Shown piece after piece: positions 9,061 to 17,498 of a stretch of 62,352 nucleotides of DNA. Within the stretch, counting starts at the first letter, position 1. Each line of letters opens with the position of its first letter. The notes below the pieces were generated by a model, which was not told where the DNA came from, did no database searches, and saw nothing but the letters and a program-made list of their open reading frames with translations. This DNA is from an uncultured Cryomorphaceae bacterium (lineage in GTDB: Bacteria > Bacteroidota > Bacteroidia > Flavobacteriales > Schleiferiaceae): NCBI GenBank assembly GCA_913060465.1, contig CAJXTR010000001.1, positions 1 through 62,352 on the forward strand, given 5' to 3'. Both the position numbers and the translations under genes were made by a program.

Positions 9061-10640
9061 TAGTACTCACTCTTTAAATGGAACGTAATCTTATCAAATT
9101 TTTCCTGCGCCATTTGTAAGGAGAATTGGGAATCCGCTAGGAATACTAACCTGCCAAACTTGTCTTCTGCTAAATAACGTTGCTTAAGCGTACTGAATTC
9201 AGCCAGTTGAGCTTCGTCACTACTTTCGATCCAACACGCTTTAAATGCCGGGAAAGCTTCATAGCTACACTTCGCATTGTACTCATGTTCTAGGCGGTAC
9301 TGTATTACTTCGTATTGAAGAGCACCCACAGTTCCAATAATCTTTCGATTGTTTTGTTTTAACGTAAAGAGTTGTGCAACACCTTCATCCATTAATTGGT
9401 CAATTCCTTTGGATAATTGCTTAGCCTTGAGGGGATCGTCATTATTGATAAATCTGAAGTGTTCGGGAGAAAAGGATGGGATTCCGGTAAAGTGAAGATC
9501 TTCCTTCGATGTTACTGTATCACCAATTCTAAAACTTCCATTATCGGGTATACCTATGATATCTCCAGGAAATGCCTCATCAATAGTGCTCTTCTTTTCT
9601 GCCATAAATGCAGTTGGCGCGCTAACCCTAAAGGTTTTGCCCGTTCTCGTGTGTAAGTATTGCTTATTCCGCTCAAACTTTCCGCTTACCACCTTTAAAA
9701 ATGCAATTCTATTTCGGTGGTTAGGGTCAATATTCGCATGTATCTTAAATACAAAGCCGCTAAACTCGGATTCTTCGGGTTTCACCTTGCGCTCCTCAGC
9801 GTCCTTGGGTTGAGGATAGGGGGCAATCTCCTGGAAACAATCTAGTAGCTCACGAACACCAAAATTATTTAATGCCGAGCCAAAGAAAACAGGGCAAAGA
9901 GCACCACTCAAATATTGCTCTTGGTCAAACTCAGGATATACAGCCTCAAGCAATTCAACATCGTTACGCAATTCAGTTGCGGCTTCAGAGCCTACAAGTT
10001 TATCCAAAGCTTCGTCAGATATATTGCTGATGGCAACTCCCTCACTTATTTTTTGCTTGTTATCCGCACTATACAAATGAACATTCGACTCCCACTTGTT
10101 GTATACGCCTTTGAAGCGTTGCCCCATGCCTATAGGCCAGGACATAGGACAAAGGGTTAAGCCCAATTTTTGTTCTACTTCATCGATTAGATCAAAACCA
10201 TCTTTCCCTTCACGGTCCAACTTATTGATGAAAACAATGATAGGTGTATCACGCATACGGCAAACCTGCACAAGCTTTTCAGTCTGTGTCTCAACACCTT
10301 TGGCAACATCGATGACCACTATGACACTATCGCAAGCAGTCAACGTTCGATAGGTATCTTCTGCAAAATCTTGGTGACCGGGTGTATCGAGAATATTGAT
10401 CTTTTTATCCTTGTAATAAAAGCCCATCACAGACGTAGCAACGGATATACCGCGTTGCTTTTCGATTTCCATGAAATCTGAGGTTGCCGATTTTTTAACT
10501 TTATTACTTTTTACAGCACCGGCCTCTTGTATGGCTCCTCCAAAAAGCAATAACTTCTCGGTAAGGGTTGTTTTTCCTGCATCTGGGTGAGAAATAATCC
10601 CGAAGGTCCGTCGCTTTTGTATTTCGGCTTTGATTGACAT
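9060..10640 (-). CDS. prfC: peptide chain release factor 3
   Basis: Translational GTPase motifs SHPDAGKTT, DTPGH, NKLD; 526 aa; full-length RF3 architecture. Confidence 0.95.
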   Translation of the reverse strand: MSIKAEIQKRRTFGIISHPDAGKTTLTEKLLLFGGAIQEAGAVKSNKVKKSATSDFMEIEKQRGISVATSVMGFYYKDKKINILDTPGHQDFAEDTYRTLTACDSVIVVIDVAKGVETQTEKLVQVCRMRDTPIIVFINKLDREGKDGFDLIDEVEQKLGLTLCPMSWPIGMGQRFKGVYNKWESNVHLYSADNKQKISEGVAISNISDEALDKLVGSEAATELRNDVELLEAVYPEFDQEQYLSGALCPVFFGSALNNFGVRELLDCFQEIAPYPQPKDAEERKVKPEESEFSGFVFKIHANIDPNHRNRIAFLKVVSGKFERNKQYLHTRTGKTFRVSAPTAFMAEKKSTIDEAFPGDIIGIPDNGSFRIGDTVTSKEDLHFTGIPSFSPEHFRFINNDDPLKAKQLSKGIDQLMDEGVAQLFTLKQNNRKIIGTVGALQYEVIQYRLEHEYNAKCSYEAFPAFKACWIESSDEAQLAEFSTLKQRYLAEDKFGRLVFLADSQFSLQMAQEKFDKITFHLKSEY

Positions 10641-10658
10641 CTATATCGAATTAGAGTG

Positions 10659-10666
10659 CAAATATA
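10659..10666 (-). promoter_or_regulatory. -7 box (TATATTTG on the minus strand) for prfC
   Basis: Plus strand caaatata is the reverse complement of TATATTTG, 18 nt upstream of the prfC start. A second match (TACCTTTG) lies at 10668..10675. Confidence 0.4.
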
Positions 10667-10753
10667 TCAAAGGTATAAGTGCATACTTGCGGAAATTTAG
10701 TATACTCGCAACTTTAACGTAAACCATTCAATTAATTTGGTGTTAGAGGGTAC

Positions 10754-11638
10754 GTGGAAAGTAGGTATTCAATAAAAGATTTAGAACAACTGAGTGGCAT
10801 CAAGGCGCATACTTTGCGGGCTTGGGAGCAACGTCACAAGTTGATCATACCTAAGCGTACTAGTACTAATATTCGTTTTTACGGCGATGATGATCTACGT
10901 ACGGTGTTGAATACGTCCGTTTTGTTAGATGCCGGATACAAGATTGGACAGATTGCCAAATTCACTTCATCTGAGCTCAGTGCAAAGGCCTTAGAGGAAA
11001 GTCCTTACACTGGAGCCTATACTTATGAGTTGAATGAACTTAAAATGGCTACGTTGAACTTTGATTTGCCGAGGTTTGAATCCGTAATGAGCCATTGTAT
11101 ATCTGAGTTCGGTGTTCACAAGACTTTCCAAGAGATAATAGGTGATTACATTCAAGAGCTAGGCAAGCTTTGGTTAGCGGGCAATGTAAGCATATCACAA
11201 GAGCACTTTATGTCATCGCTCATCCGTCAGAAACTGTTTTCTGCCATCGACTCACTTCCTAGCGTCGCTGTGCCGAAGAGCGGCTCTTATGCATTGTTTC
11301 TTCCTGCAAACGAACTACATGAGTTAGGACTTCTATACCTCACGTATGTATTAAAGGAGCGGGGAGAGCACGTATATTATCTAGGACAAAGTCTTCCTAA
11401 GGAATATCTTGAGGACCTTCTTAATCATAAACGAATTACCCATCTCATTTCTGCGTTTACTACCAATCCAGATGTAGAACAATTGGACGATTACCTCGTG
11501 GAATTAGATGATATGGTGGAAGGAAATGGTGTTAAAGTATTGCTTACTGGGTATCAATTTTCACAATTTGAACCCAAATCTGCTTATCGCAATATTGAGA
11601 TTCATGAGTCTTTAAAGGACTTGAGCGCCGCTATTTAA
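10754..11638 (+). CDS. MerR-family, B12-binding light-responsive repressor (CarH/LitR type)
   Basis: GTG start. N-terminal MerR HTH (YSIKDLEQLSGIKAHTLRAWEQRHKLIIPKRT). W-x9-E-H motif (W140 LAGNVSISQ E150 H151). Cobalamin lower-ligand motif E-x-H-x-x-G (NELHELG, H189). Rossmann-like C-terminal half. Confidence 0.8.
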   Translation: MESRYSIKDLEQLSGIKAHTLRAWEQRHKLIIPKRTSTNIRFYGDDDLRTVLNTSVLLDAGYKIGQIAKFTSSELSAKALEESPYTGAYTYELNELKMATLNFDLPRFESVMSHCISEFGVHKTFQEIIGDYIQELGKLWLAGNVSISQEHFMSSLIRQKLFSAIDSLPSVAVPKSGSYALFLPANELHELGLLYLTYVLKERGEHVYYLGQSLPKEYLEDLLNHKRITHLISAFTTNPDVEQLDDYLVELDDMVEGNGVKVLLTGYQFSQFEPKSAYRNIEIHESLKDLSAAI

Positions 11639-11645
11639 TTTTTTT

Positions 11646-11734
11646 ACTGTTTGTTTAATAATTTTTCTAAAATGTTTGACAAAATGTTCAAACACTTTGT
11701 TTAACTTTATACTCGGAATCGTTAAACAAACAGA
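11646..11734 (+). promoter_or_regulatory. reiterated TGTTTG/CAAACA operator-like array upstream of the ECF sigma-crt operon
   Basis: 12-bp perfect inverted repeat CTGTTTGTTTAA (11647..11658) / TTAAACAAACAG (11722..11733). 10-bp perfect inverted repeat TTTGTTTAAC (11696..11705) / GTTAAACAAA (11721..11730). Central imperfect palindrome TGTTTGA-n8-TCAAACA (11673..11694). Confidence 0.6.
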
Positions 11735-11736
11735 TT

Positions 11737-12243
11737 ATGTCTACTGCAGAATTCGGTCAACTGATTGATAGAGAATATGAATTTCTAAATCAGCTTGCTA
11801 TGAAATTGACCAAGCAACGCGATGATGCTGAGGATCTAATTCAAGATACCTATTACAAAGCCTTGAAAAACAAGGATAAATTTGCGACAGGTACAAACTT
11901 GAAAGGGTGGCTGTACACAATCATGAAAAATACGTTCATCAACAACTACAGAAGAAAGCGTAACCAAAACACTTTCGTTGATGAAACAGATTCCCAGTTC
12001 TTTTTGAATTCGAAAGAGTCTAGCAAGAGCACGCACACTGAAGCCAACGTTGATAATGAGTACATCATGAATCAGATTGATTCCATTGAGAAGCATTACA
12101 CTGAGGCATTTTTTATGCATTACGAAGGCTATAAGTATGAAGAAATCGCTGAGCATTTCAACATTCCTCTAGGTACGGTTAAATCAAGAATATTCTTGGC
12201 CAGACAGAAGATGATGGAAAAATTAGGCGACCTTCGTTACTAG
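11737..12243 (+). CDS. ECF-subfamily RNA polymerase sigma-70 factor
   Basis: 168 aa. Region 2 (DAEDLIQDTYYKALKN...GWLYTIMKNTFINNYRR) and region 4 (YEEIAEHFNIPLGTVKSRIFLARQKM). No anti-sigma ORF follows. Confidence 0.88.
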   Translation: MSTAEFGQLIDREYEFLNQLAMKLTKQRDDAEDLIQDTYYKALKNKDKFATGTNLKGWLYTIMKNTFINNYRRKRNQNTFVDETDSQFFLNSKESSKSTHTEANVDNEYIMNQIDSIEKHYTEAFFMHYEGYKYEEIAEHFNIPLGTVKSRIFLARQKMMEKLGDLRY

Positions 12244-12266
12244 TCCTCACACCTAAACGCCCCAAC

Positions 12267-13742
12267 ATGAAATCAGTAATAGTAATCGGCTCTGGATTCG
12301 CCGGTTTGAGTTCAGCTTCCTTTCTAGCGAAGGCTGGATATGACGTAACATTATTAGAGAAAAACGATCAATTAGGAGGCCGTGCCCGAGTTTGGGAAAC
12401 GGAAGGCTATAAATTTGATATGGGCCCTAGTTGGTACTGGATGCCCGATGTATTTGAACGTTACTTCAAATGTTTTGGATACAATGTTGAGGATTTGTAC
12501 CATTTAGTTCGATTGAATCCATCTTACAGAGTGGTCTTCGGCCCTAACGACCACGAGGACCAAAGCGCAAACATGGAAGAACTTGAAGCCATGTTTGATC
12601 GTCTTGATCCAGGCTCTAGTGTACGTTTGCGTAAGTTTCTTAAAGAGGCTGCGTATAAATATGAGGTTGGTATTAAAGACCTCGTACACAAGCCGTCGAG
12701 ATCAATTTTAGAATTTGCAGATATTAGAATTCTGAAAGGATTGTTCCAATTGGACCTTCTCAAAGACATGCGAAAGCATGTGGCAGAGGTAAGTACTCAT
12801 CCGAAGCTCAAAGCAATCATGGAGTTTCCAGTACTTTTCCTTGGTGCACTTCCACAGAATACACCAGCTCTGTACAGCTTGATGAATTACGCCGACATGT
12901 CTCTCGGTACCTGGTACCCTCAAGGGGGCATGAATAAAATCATCGAGGCTATGGTAAAGGTTGCCAAAGAGCAGGGGGTTAAGTTTCGTACGAATGCAGA
13001 AGTAACCGGGTTTAAGTATGCGGGCAACAAAATTGTCGGTGTCACTACAAAAAAAGGTGCCTTTAGTGCCGACATAGTAGTCGCAGGAGCTGATTACCAC
13101 CATATTGACCAAAATGTCAGCGGGGCAGACAAGCGAGAGTATACAGAGCAATATTGGGAGAAAAGAAAAATGGCACCCTCATCATTGCTCTTTTATTTAG
13201 GTATTAAAGGAGAGGTACCCAACGTGTTACACCACAACCTTTTCTTTGATCACGAACTCGATCAGCATGCTGGTGAACTCTATACCACTCCCCAATGGCC
13301 TACGAAACCATTGTTTTATGCAAGTGCGCCTTCGAAAACAGATAAATCGATTGCACCTGAAGGTTGTGAAAACATGTTCCTACTCATGCCTACAGCCCCT
13401 GGTTTAGGTGGTGATACCGAAGAAGTTCGAGAGAAATACTACAACATTATGATGGACCGACTTGAACAATTTACGGGTTCAAGCATTAGAGATAGAGTAG
13501 AGGTTAAGCGCAGTTTTGCATTTTCAGAATTTAAATCTGAATACAACAGCTTTAAAGGAAACGCCTACGGCCTAGCCAATACACTTGATCAGACGGCAAT
13601 ACTAAAGCCAAGATTGAAAAGTAAGAAAGTAAGTAACCTTTATTTCGCAGGTCAACTTACCACACCAGGGCCGGGAGTCCCCCCAACCTTGATAAGTGGA
13701 GAAGTGGTCAGCAAAGAAATAGCTAAAGACTTCAAACTGTAA
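12267..13742 (+). CDS. crtI: phytoene desaturase
   Basis: FAD dinucleotide fold VIVIGSGFAGLSSA...LEKNDQLGGRA; C-terminal GQLTTPGPGVP; 491 aa. Confidence 0.92.
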   Translation: MKSVIVIGSGFAGLSSASFLAKAGYDVTLLEKNDQLGGRARVWETEGYKFDMGPSWYWMPDVFERYFKCFGYNVEDLYHLVRLNPSYRVVFGPNDHEDQSANMEELEAMFDRLDPGSSVRLRKFLKEAAYKYEVGIKDLVHKPSRSILEFADIRILKGLFQLDLLKDMRKHVAEVSTHPKLKAIMEFPVLFLGALPQNTPALYSLMNYADMSLGTWYPQGGMNKIIEAMVKVAKEQGVKFRTNAEVTGFKYAGNKIVGVTTKKGAFSADIVVAGADYHHIDQNVSGADKREYTEQYWEKRKMAPSSLLFYLGIKGEVPNVLHHNLFFDHELDQHAGELYTTPQWPTKPLFYASAPSKTDKSIAPEGCENMFLLMPTAPGLGGDTEEVREKYYNIMMDRLEQFTGSSIRDRVEVKRSFAFSEFKSEYNSFKGNAYGLANTLDQTAILKPRLKSKKVSNLYFAGQLTTPGPGVPPTLISGEVVSKEIAKDFKL

Positions 13743-14578
13743 TGAAAGCCCTATTCGACAGCATTAGCATACGATCGAGCCGAATGGTTACGAAGGCTTA
13801 TAGTACTTCGTTCTCACTAGGTATTCTTGGTTTAGACAGGAAATACCACGATCCAATCTATGCGATTTACGGTTTTGTCCGATTCGCAGATGAAATCGTC
13901 GACTCTTTTGAGGGATATGCTCAAAAAGAACTCCTAGAAGACTTTTGGAAGGACACCCACAAAGCACTTGAACACAAGATCAGTTTGAATCCTATACTCA
14001 ATAGTTTTCAGCAAGTTGTTCATGCATACAACATTGACCTCGACCTTATTGAAACCTTCCTCAAGTCCATGGAAATGGATTTGTATAAAAACGAATACGA
14101 CGAGGCAGGCTACAAAGCCTATATCCTTGGCAGTGCCGAAGTAGTAGGCCTTATGTGTTTGAAGGTATTTGTTGATGGTAATGAGGAAAAATACCAGCAG
14201 CTCAAGAAGCCTGCGATGCAGTTAGGATCAGCCTTCCAGAAGATCAACTTCCTCCGCGACCTAAATGCAGACTACCATAGTCTAGGCAGAACCTACTTCC
14301 CAGGCGTGGACTTAAATAACTTCAACGAAACGGTTAAGGCTGAGATAGAAGCGGATATCGACATCGACTTCAAGGCGGGCTATGAAGGCATTAAACAGTT
14401 GCCGAAGGGTGCCCGATTCGGGGTGTACATTGCCTATGTTTATTACTACAGTCTCTTCAAAAAGATTGAGAAGACACATTGTGATTTGATTTTAAATGAA
14501 CGTGTTAGAATTAGCAATAAAAGAAAGTATGGCTTATTCTTGAGTTCATATTTACGACATACCATTAACTGGATTTAA
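13742..14578 (+). CDS. crtB: phytoene synthase
   Basis: Squalene/phytoene synthase fold (YGFVRFADEIVD, MEMDL, GSAEVVGLM, QKINFLRDL). Start overlaps the crtI stop (TAATG). Confidence 0.9.
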   Translation: MKALFDSISIRSSRMVTKAYSTSFSLGILGLDRKYHDPIYAIYGFVRFADEIVDSFEGYAQKELLEDFWKDTHKALEHKISLNPILNSFQQVVHAYNIDLDLIETFLKSMEMDLYKNEYDEAGYKAYILGSAEVVGLMCLKVFVDGNEEKYQQLKKPAMQLGSAFQKINFLRDLNADYHSLGRTYFPGVDLNNFNETVKAEIEADIDIDFKAGYEGIKQLPKGARFGVYIAYVYYYSLFKKIEKTHCDLILNERVRISNKRKYGLFLSSYLRHTINWI

Positions 14579-14580
14579 TA

Positions 14581-15111
14581 ATGCTTGAACAAGTTATCCT
14601 GGTCGATGAGCAAGACAATGCTCTGGGACTGATGGAGAAAATGGAAGCGCATCGCCTGGCGAAACTGCACCGTGCATTCTCTGTTTTCGCCATGAACGAC
14701 AAAAATGAAATTCTATTACAACGCCGTGCACTGCACAAGTACCATAGCGGTGGGCTGTGGACAAACACGTGTTGTTCTCATCCAAGAGATGGAGAGACCG
14801 TGGAGGCAGCTGCGAAACGACGTTTGATGGAGGAGATGGGCTTTACCTGTGATGTGAAACGCATCTTTTCATTCATCTACAAAGCGGAACTAGACAACGA
14901 TCTTACCGAGCATGAATTAGACCATGTACTCATCGCCCGTTACAACGATGATCCACAAGTCAATCCTGAAGAGGTTGACAGTTTCGATTGGAAATCAGTG
15001 GAATGGGTAGCCCAAGACATGAAAGACCATCCCGAAAAGTATACTGAATGGTTTAAAATCATTTATGACAGATTCTTAACCTATTGGATGAATGAAGATC
15101 ACGGTCTCTAG
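14581..15111 (+). CDS. idi: isopentenyl-diphosphate delta-isomerase, type 1 (Nudix)
   Basis: HRAFSVF...LLQRRA..K....GLWTNTCCSHP...E..AAKRRL.EE.G motif series typical of IDI-1. Confidence 0.9.
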   Translation: MLEQVILVDEQDNALGLMEKMEAHRLAKLHRAFSVFAMNDKNEILLQRRALHKYHSGGLWTNTCCSHPRDGETVEAAAKRRLMEEMGFTCDVKRIFSFIYKAELDNDLTEHELDHVLIARYNDDPQVNPEEVDSFDWKSVEWVAQDMKDHPEKYTEWFKIIYDRFLTYWMNEDHGL

Positions 15112-15502
15112 AAAAGCACATTTTAATGCAGCACACCGGTTGCATAATCCCGCGTTAAGTGCTGCGGAGAATCAATCGGTATTCGGCAAGTGCAACAACG
15201 AATACTTTCATGGACACAACTACGAATTGATTGTTAGTGTGACGGGTGAGGTGGATCCTAAAACAGGCTATCTCATTGACATGAAGGTATTGCGAGACCA
15301 TATAAAGACAGAGGTAGAGGATTACCTGGATCATAAGAATTTGAATATTCAGGTCGAAGAATTCAAAACCCTTAACCCAACCGCCGAACACATTGCCTAT
15401 GTGATTTGGAACCGACTTAAAGCTGTGCTCAACCCGGATCTTGAACTTTCAGTAAGACTTTATGAAACGCCAAGAAACTTCGTGGATTACAGCGGGTTAT
15501 AA
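15092..15502 (+). CDS. 6-pyruvoyl-tetrahydropterin synthase family protein (PTPS/QueD fold, eukaryote-like C-x5-HGH type)
   Basis: AHFNAAHRLHNPALS...VFGKCNNEYFHGHNYEL...LDHKNLN. Closely resembles animal PTPS (FGKCNN..GHGHNY). Overlaps the idi 3' end by 20 nt. Confidence 0.85.
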   Translation: MKITVSRKAHFNAAHRLHNPALSAAENQSVFGKCNNEYFHGHNYELIVSVTGEVDPKTGYLIDMKVLRDHIKTEVEDYLDHKNLNIQVEEFKTLNPTAEHIAYVIWNRLKAVLNPDLELSVRLYETPRNFVDYSGL

Positions 15503-15514
15503 AAAATTTTTCTG

Positions 15515-16186
15515 ATGACGACACACGACAATAAGTACACACCGGAAGAACTCGAGCATTTGGTCGAGGCACATCTAGGAACCTCCATTGATACTCCATT
15601 GAGAAAGGATGCTTTTGATAAAACCGATGAGGAGAAAATTGAAATCATTGCTGAGAAATTCCACGAGATCATGGAAGTACTTGGTTTGGATTTAACGGAT
15701 GATAGCCTTCAAGGCACTCCGCTTCGCGTCGCAAAAATGTATGTTAAAGAGGCTTTTGCTGGTTTAAACCCTGATAACAAGCCAGAGATGAAGCTCTTCG
15801 AGAATAAGTTTCGATACAACGAGATGCTCATCGAGAAAGACATAAAGGTACACTCACACTGTGAGCACCATTTTGTTCCCATTTTAGGCAAGTGCCATGT
15901 AGCTTATATCCCTAATGGAAAAGTAGTGGGTTTGAGTAAGTTGAACAGGATTGTGCGTCATTACGCGAAGCGCCCACAGGTTCAAGAGCGTCTTACCCGT
16001 CAAATCGCAGAAGCATTGATGGAAGGCCTTCATACACAGCATGTAGCGGTTTATTTAGAGGCCGATCACATGTGTGTAAAAACTAGAGGTATAGAAGACG
16101 ACCACAGTTCAACCATTACCATGGCATTCCACGGTGATTTTGAGAACGAGGCAAACAAACGTGCGTTTTTAGAGTCTTTTAAGTAA
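15515..16186 (+). CDS. folE: GTP cyclohydrolase I (type 1)
   Basis: [39 protein letters not shown] signature blocks. Confidence 0.93.
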   Translation: MTTHDNKYTPEELEHLVEAHLGTSIDTPLRKDAFDKTDEEKIEIIAEKFHEIMEVLGLDLTDDSLQGTPLRVAKMYVKEAFAGLNPDNKPEMKLFENKFRYNEMLIEKDIKVHSHCEHHFVPILGKCHVAYIPNGKVVGLSKLNRIVRHYAKRPQVQERLTRQIAEALMEGLHTQHVAVYLEADHMCVKTRGIEDDHSSTITMAFHGDFENEANKRAFLESFK

Positions 16187-17490
16187 TGCAAGAAGTTTCG
16201 GTCTTTTGGTTTCGAAGAGACTTGCGTCTTGAGGATAATGCGGGTCTTTGGAAAGCCCTCAAATCTGGCAATCCAGTTTTACCCATTTTCATCTTTGATA
16301 AGACCATCCTTGAGAAGCTCGAGGATAAAAGCGATGCTAGAGTGTCCTTTCTTCATCAAACCTTAACCGCGCTAAATGCTCAGTTGCAAGGTTTGGGCAG
16401 CGGGCTTCATGTATTTCATAGTACGCCATTGGAAGTCATGGAGGAATTGGCCGCCACTTATCGTGTTAAAAATATCTTCTTCAATAGAGATTATGAACCC
16501 TATGCTAAACTCCGGGATAAAGAGGTTTACGATTTCTGGACGGAAAAAGGAGTAGGGGTCGTCGGTGCCAAAGACCATGTGATTTTTGAGAAGGATGAAG
16601 TCGTAAAAGCAGATGGGACCCCGTATTTAGTTTTTAGCCCGTATGGACGCGCTTGGCGAAAGTTACTTACACCTTACCAATACAAAGCGTACCCGAACGC
16701 CACGTATTTCGGTAATTTCTTCCCATGTGAAGGAACACGTGTACCTGAGCTTGAGGCTATGGGCTTTGAGAAGACGGCAATTCCTATACCTTCGAGTGAA
16801 ATCGATACGTCGATTATTAAAACGTACGATGAGACTAGAAACTTTCCAGCACAAAAGAGGGGGACTACTCGACTAGGCATTCACTTGCGCTTTGGCACAC
16901 TATCAGTTCGCAGGTTGCTCGAATATGGATTGAAGTACAATGACACTTTTGTCAATGAACTCATATGGCGGGACTTCTATCAAATGGCTTTATATAATTT
17001 TTCTGAGAGTCGTGAGAAAGCAATCAAGCCTAAGTACGACTTGATTCGTTGGGAAAACAACGAAGCGCATTTCGAGGCTTGGTGCAAGGGAAAGACTGGC
17101 TACCCCATAGTTGATGCGGGAATGCGAGAATTGAATGCGACAGGTTACATGCACAATAGAGTACGAATGATTGTAGCGAGTTTCTTGACGAAACACCTTT
17201 TGATAGATTGGAGGTGGGGAGAGGCCTACTTTGCAGAAAAGTTGTTAGACTTTGATTTGGCTTCGAATGTAGGTGGTTGGCAATGGGCGAGTGGCAGTGG
17301 CTTAGATGCTGCACCGTACTTCCGTGTTTTCAACCCAACTGCCCAGATGGAAAAGTTCGACAAAGACTTGAAGTACATCAATAAATGGGTCCCAGAGTTA
17401 AAGACACACTTGTATCCTCAGCCTATTGTGGAACACAAATGGGCGCGAGAACGCTGTTTGGAGCGGTTTAAAGAGGCGTTGAACGCGTAA
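16186..17490 (+). CDS. cryptochrome/photolyase family protein (deoxyribodipyrimidine photolyase)
   Basis: N-terminal FWFRRDLRLEDNAGL. FAD-binding C-terminal TGYPIVDAGMRELNATGYMHNRVRMIVASFL...WQWASGSGLDAAPYFRVFNP. Start overlaps the folE stop. Confidence 0.9.
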   Translation: MQEVSVFWFRRDLRLEDNAGLWKALKSGNPVLPIFIFDKTILEKLEDKSDARVSFLHQTLTALNAQLQGLGSGLHVFHSTPLEVMEELAATYRVKNIFFNRDYEPYAKLRDKEVYDFWTEKGVGVVGAKDHVIFEKDEVVKADGTPYLVFSPYGRAWRKLLTPYQYKAYPNATYFGNFFPCEGTRVPELEAMGFEKTAIPIPSSEIDTSIIKTYDETRNFPAQKRGTTRLGIHLRFGTLSVRRLLEYGLKYNDTFVNELIWRDFYQMALYNFSESREKAIKPKYDLIRWENNEAHFEAWCKGKTGYPIVDAGMRELNATGYMHNRVRMIVASFLTKHLLIDWRWGEAYFAEKLLDFDLASNVGGWQWASGSGLDAAPYFRVFNPTAQMEKFDKDLKYINKWVPELKTHLYPQPIVEHKWARERCLERFKEALNA

Positions 17491-17498
17491 CCGAACCC

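Noticed and set aside
10732-10739. Possible -7 box TTAATTTG upstream of the MerR-B12 regulator gene
   Set aside because: It has one mismatch to TAnnTTTG (TT instead of TA) and there is no supporting evidence, so the promoter for this gene is left uncalled.
12708-13151. 147-aa minus-strand ORF inside crtI; also 12504..12689 and 12524..12769
   Set aside because: These are antisense shadow ORFs within a well-supported crtI reading frame, with no independent signals.
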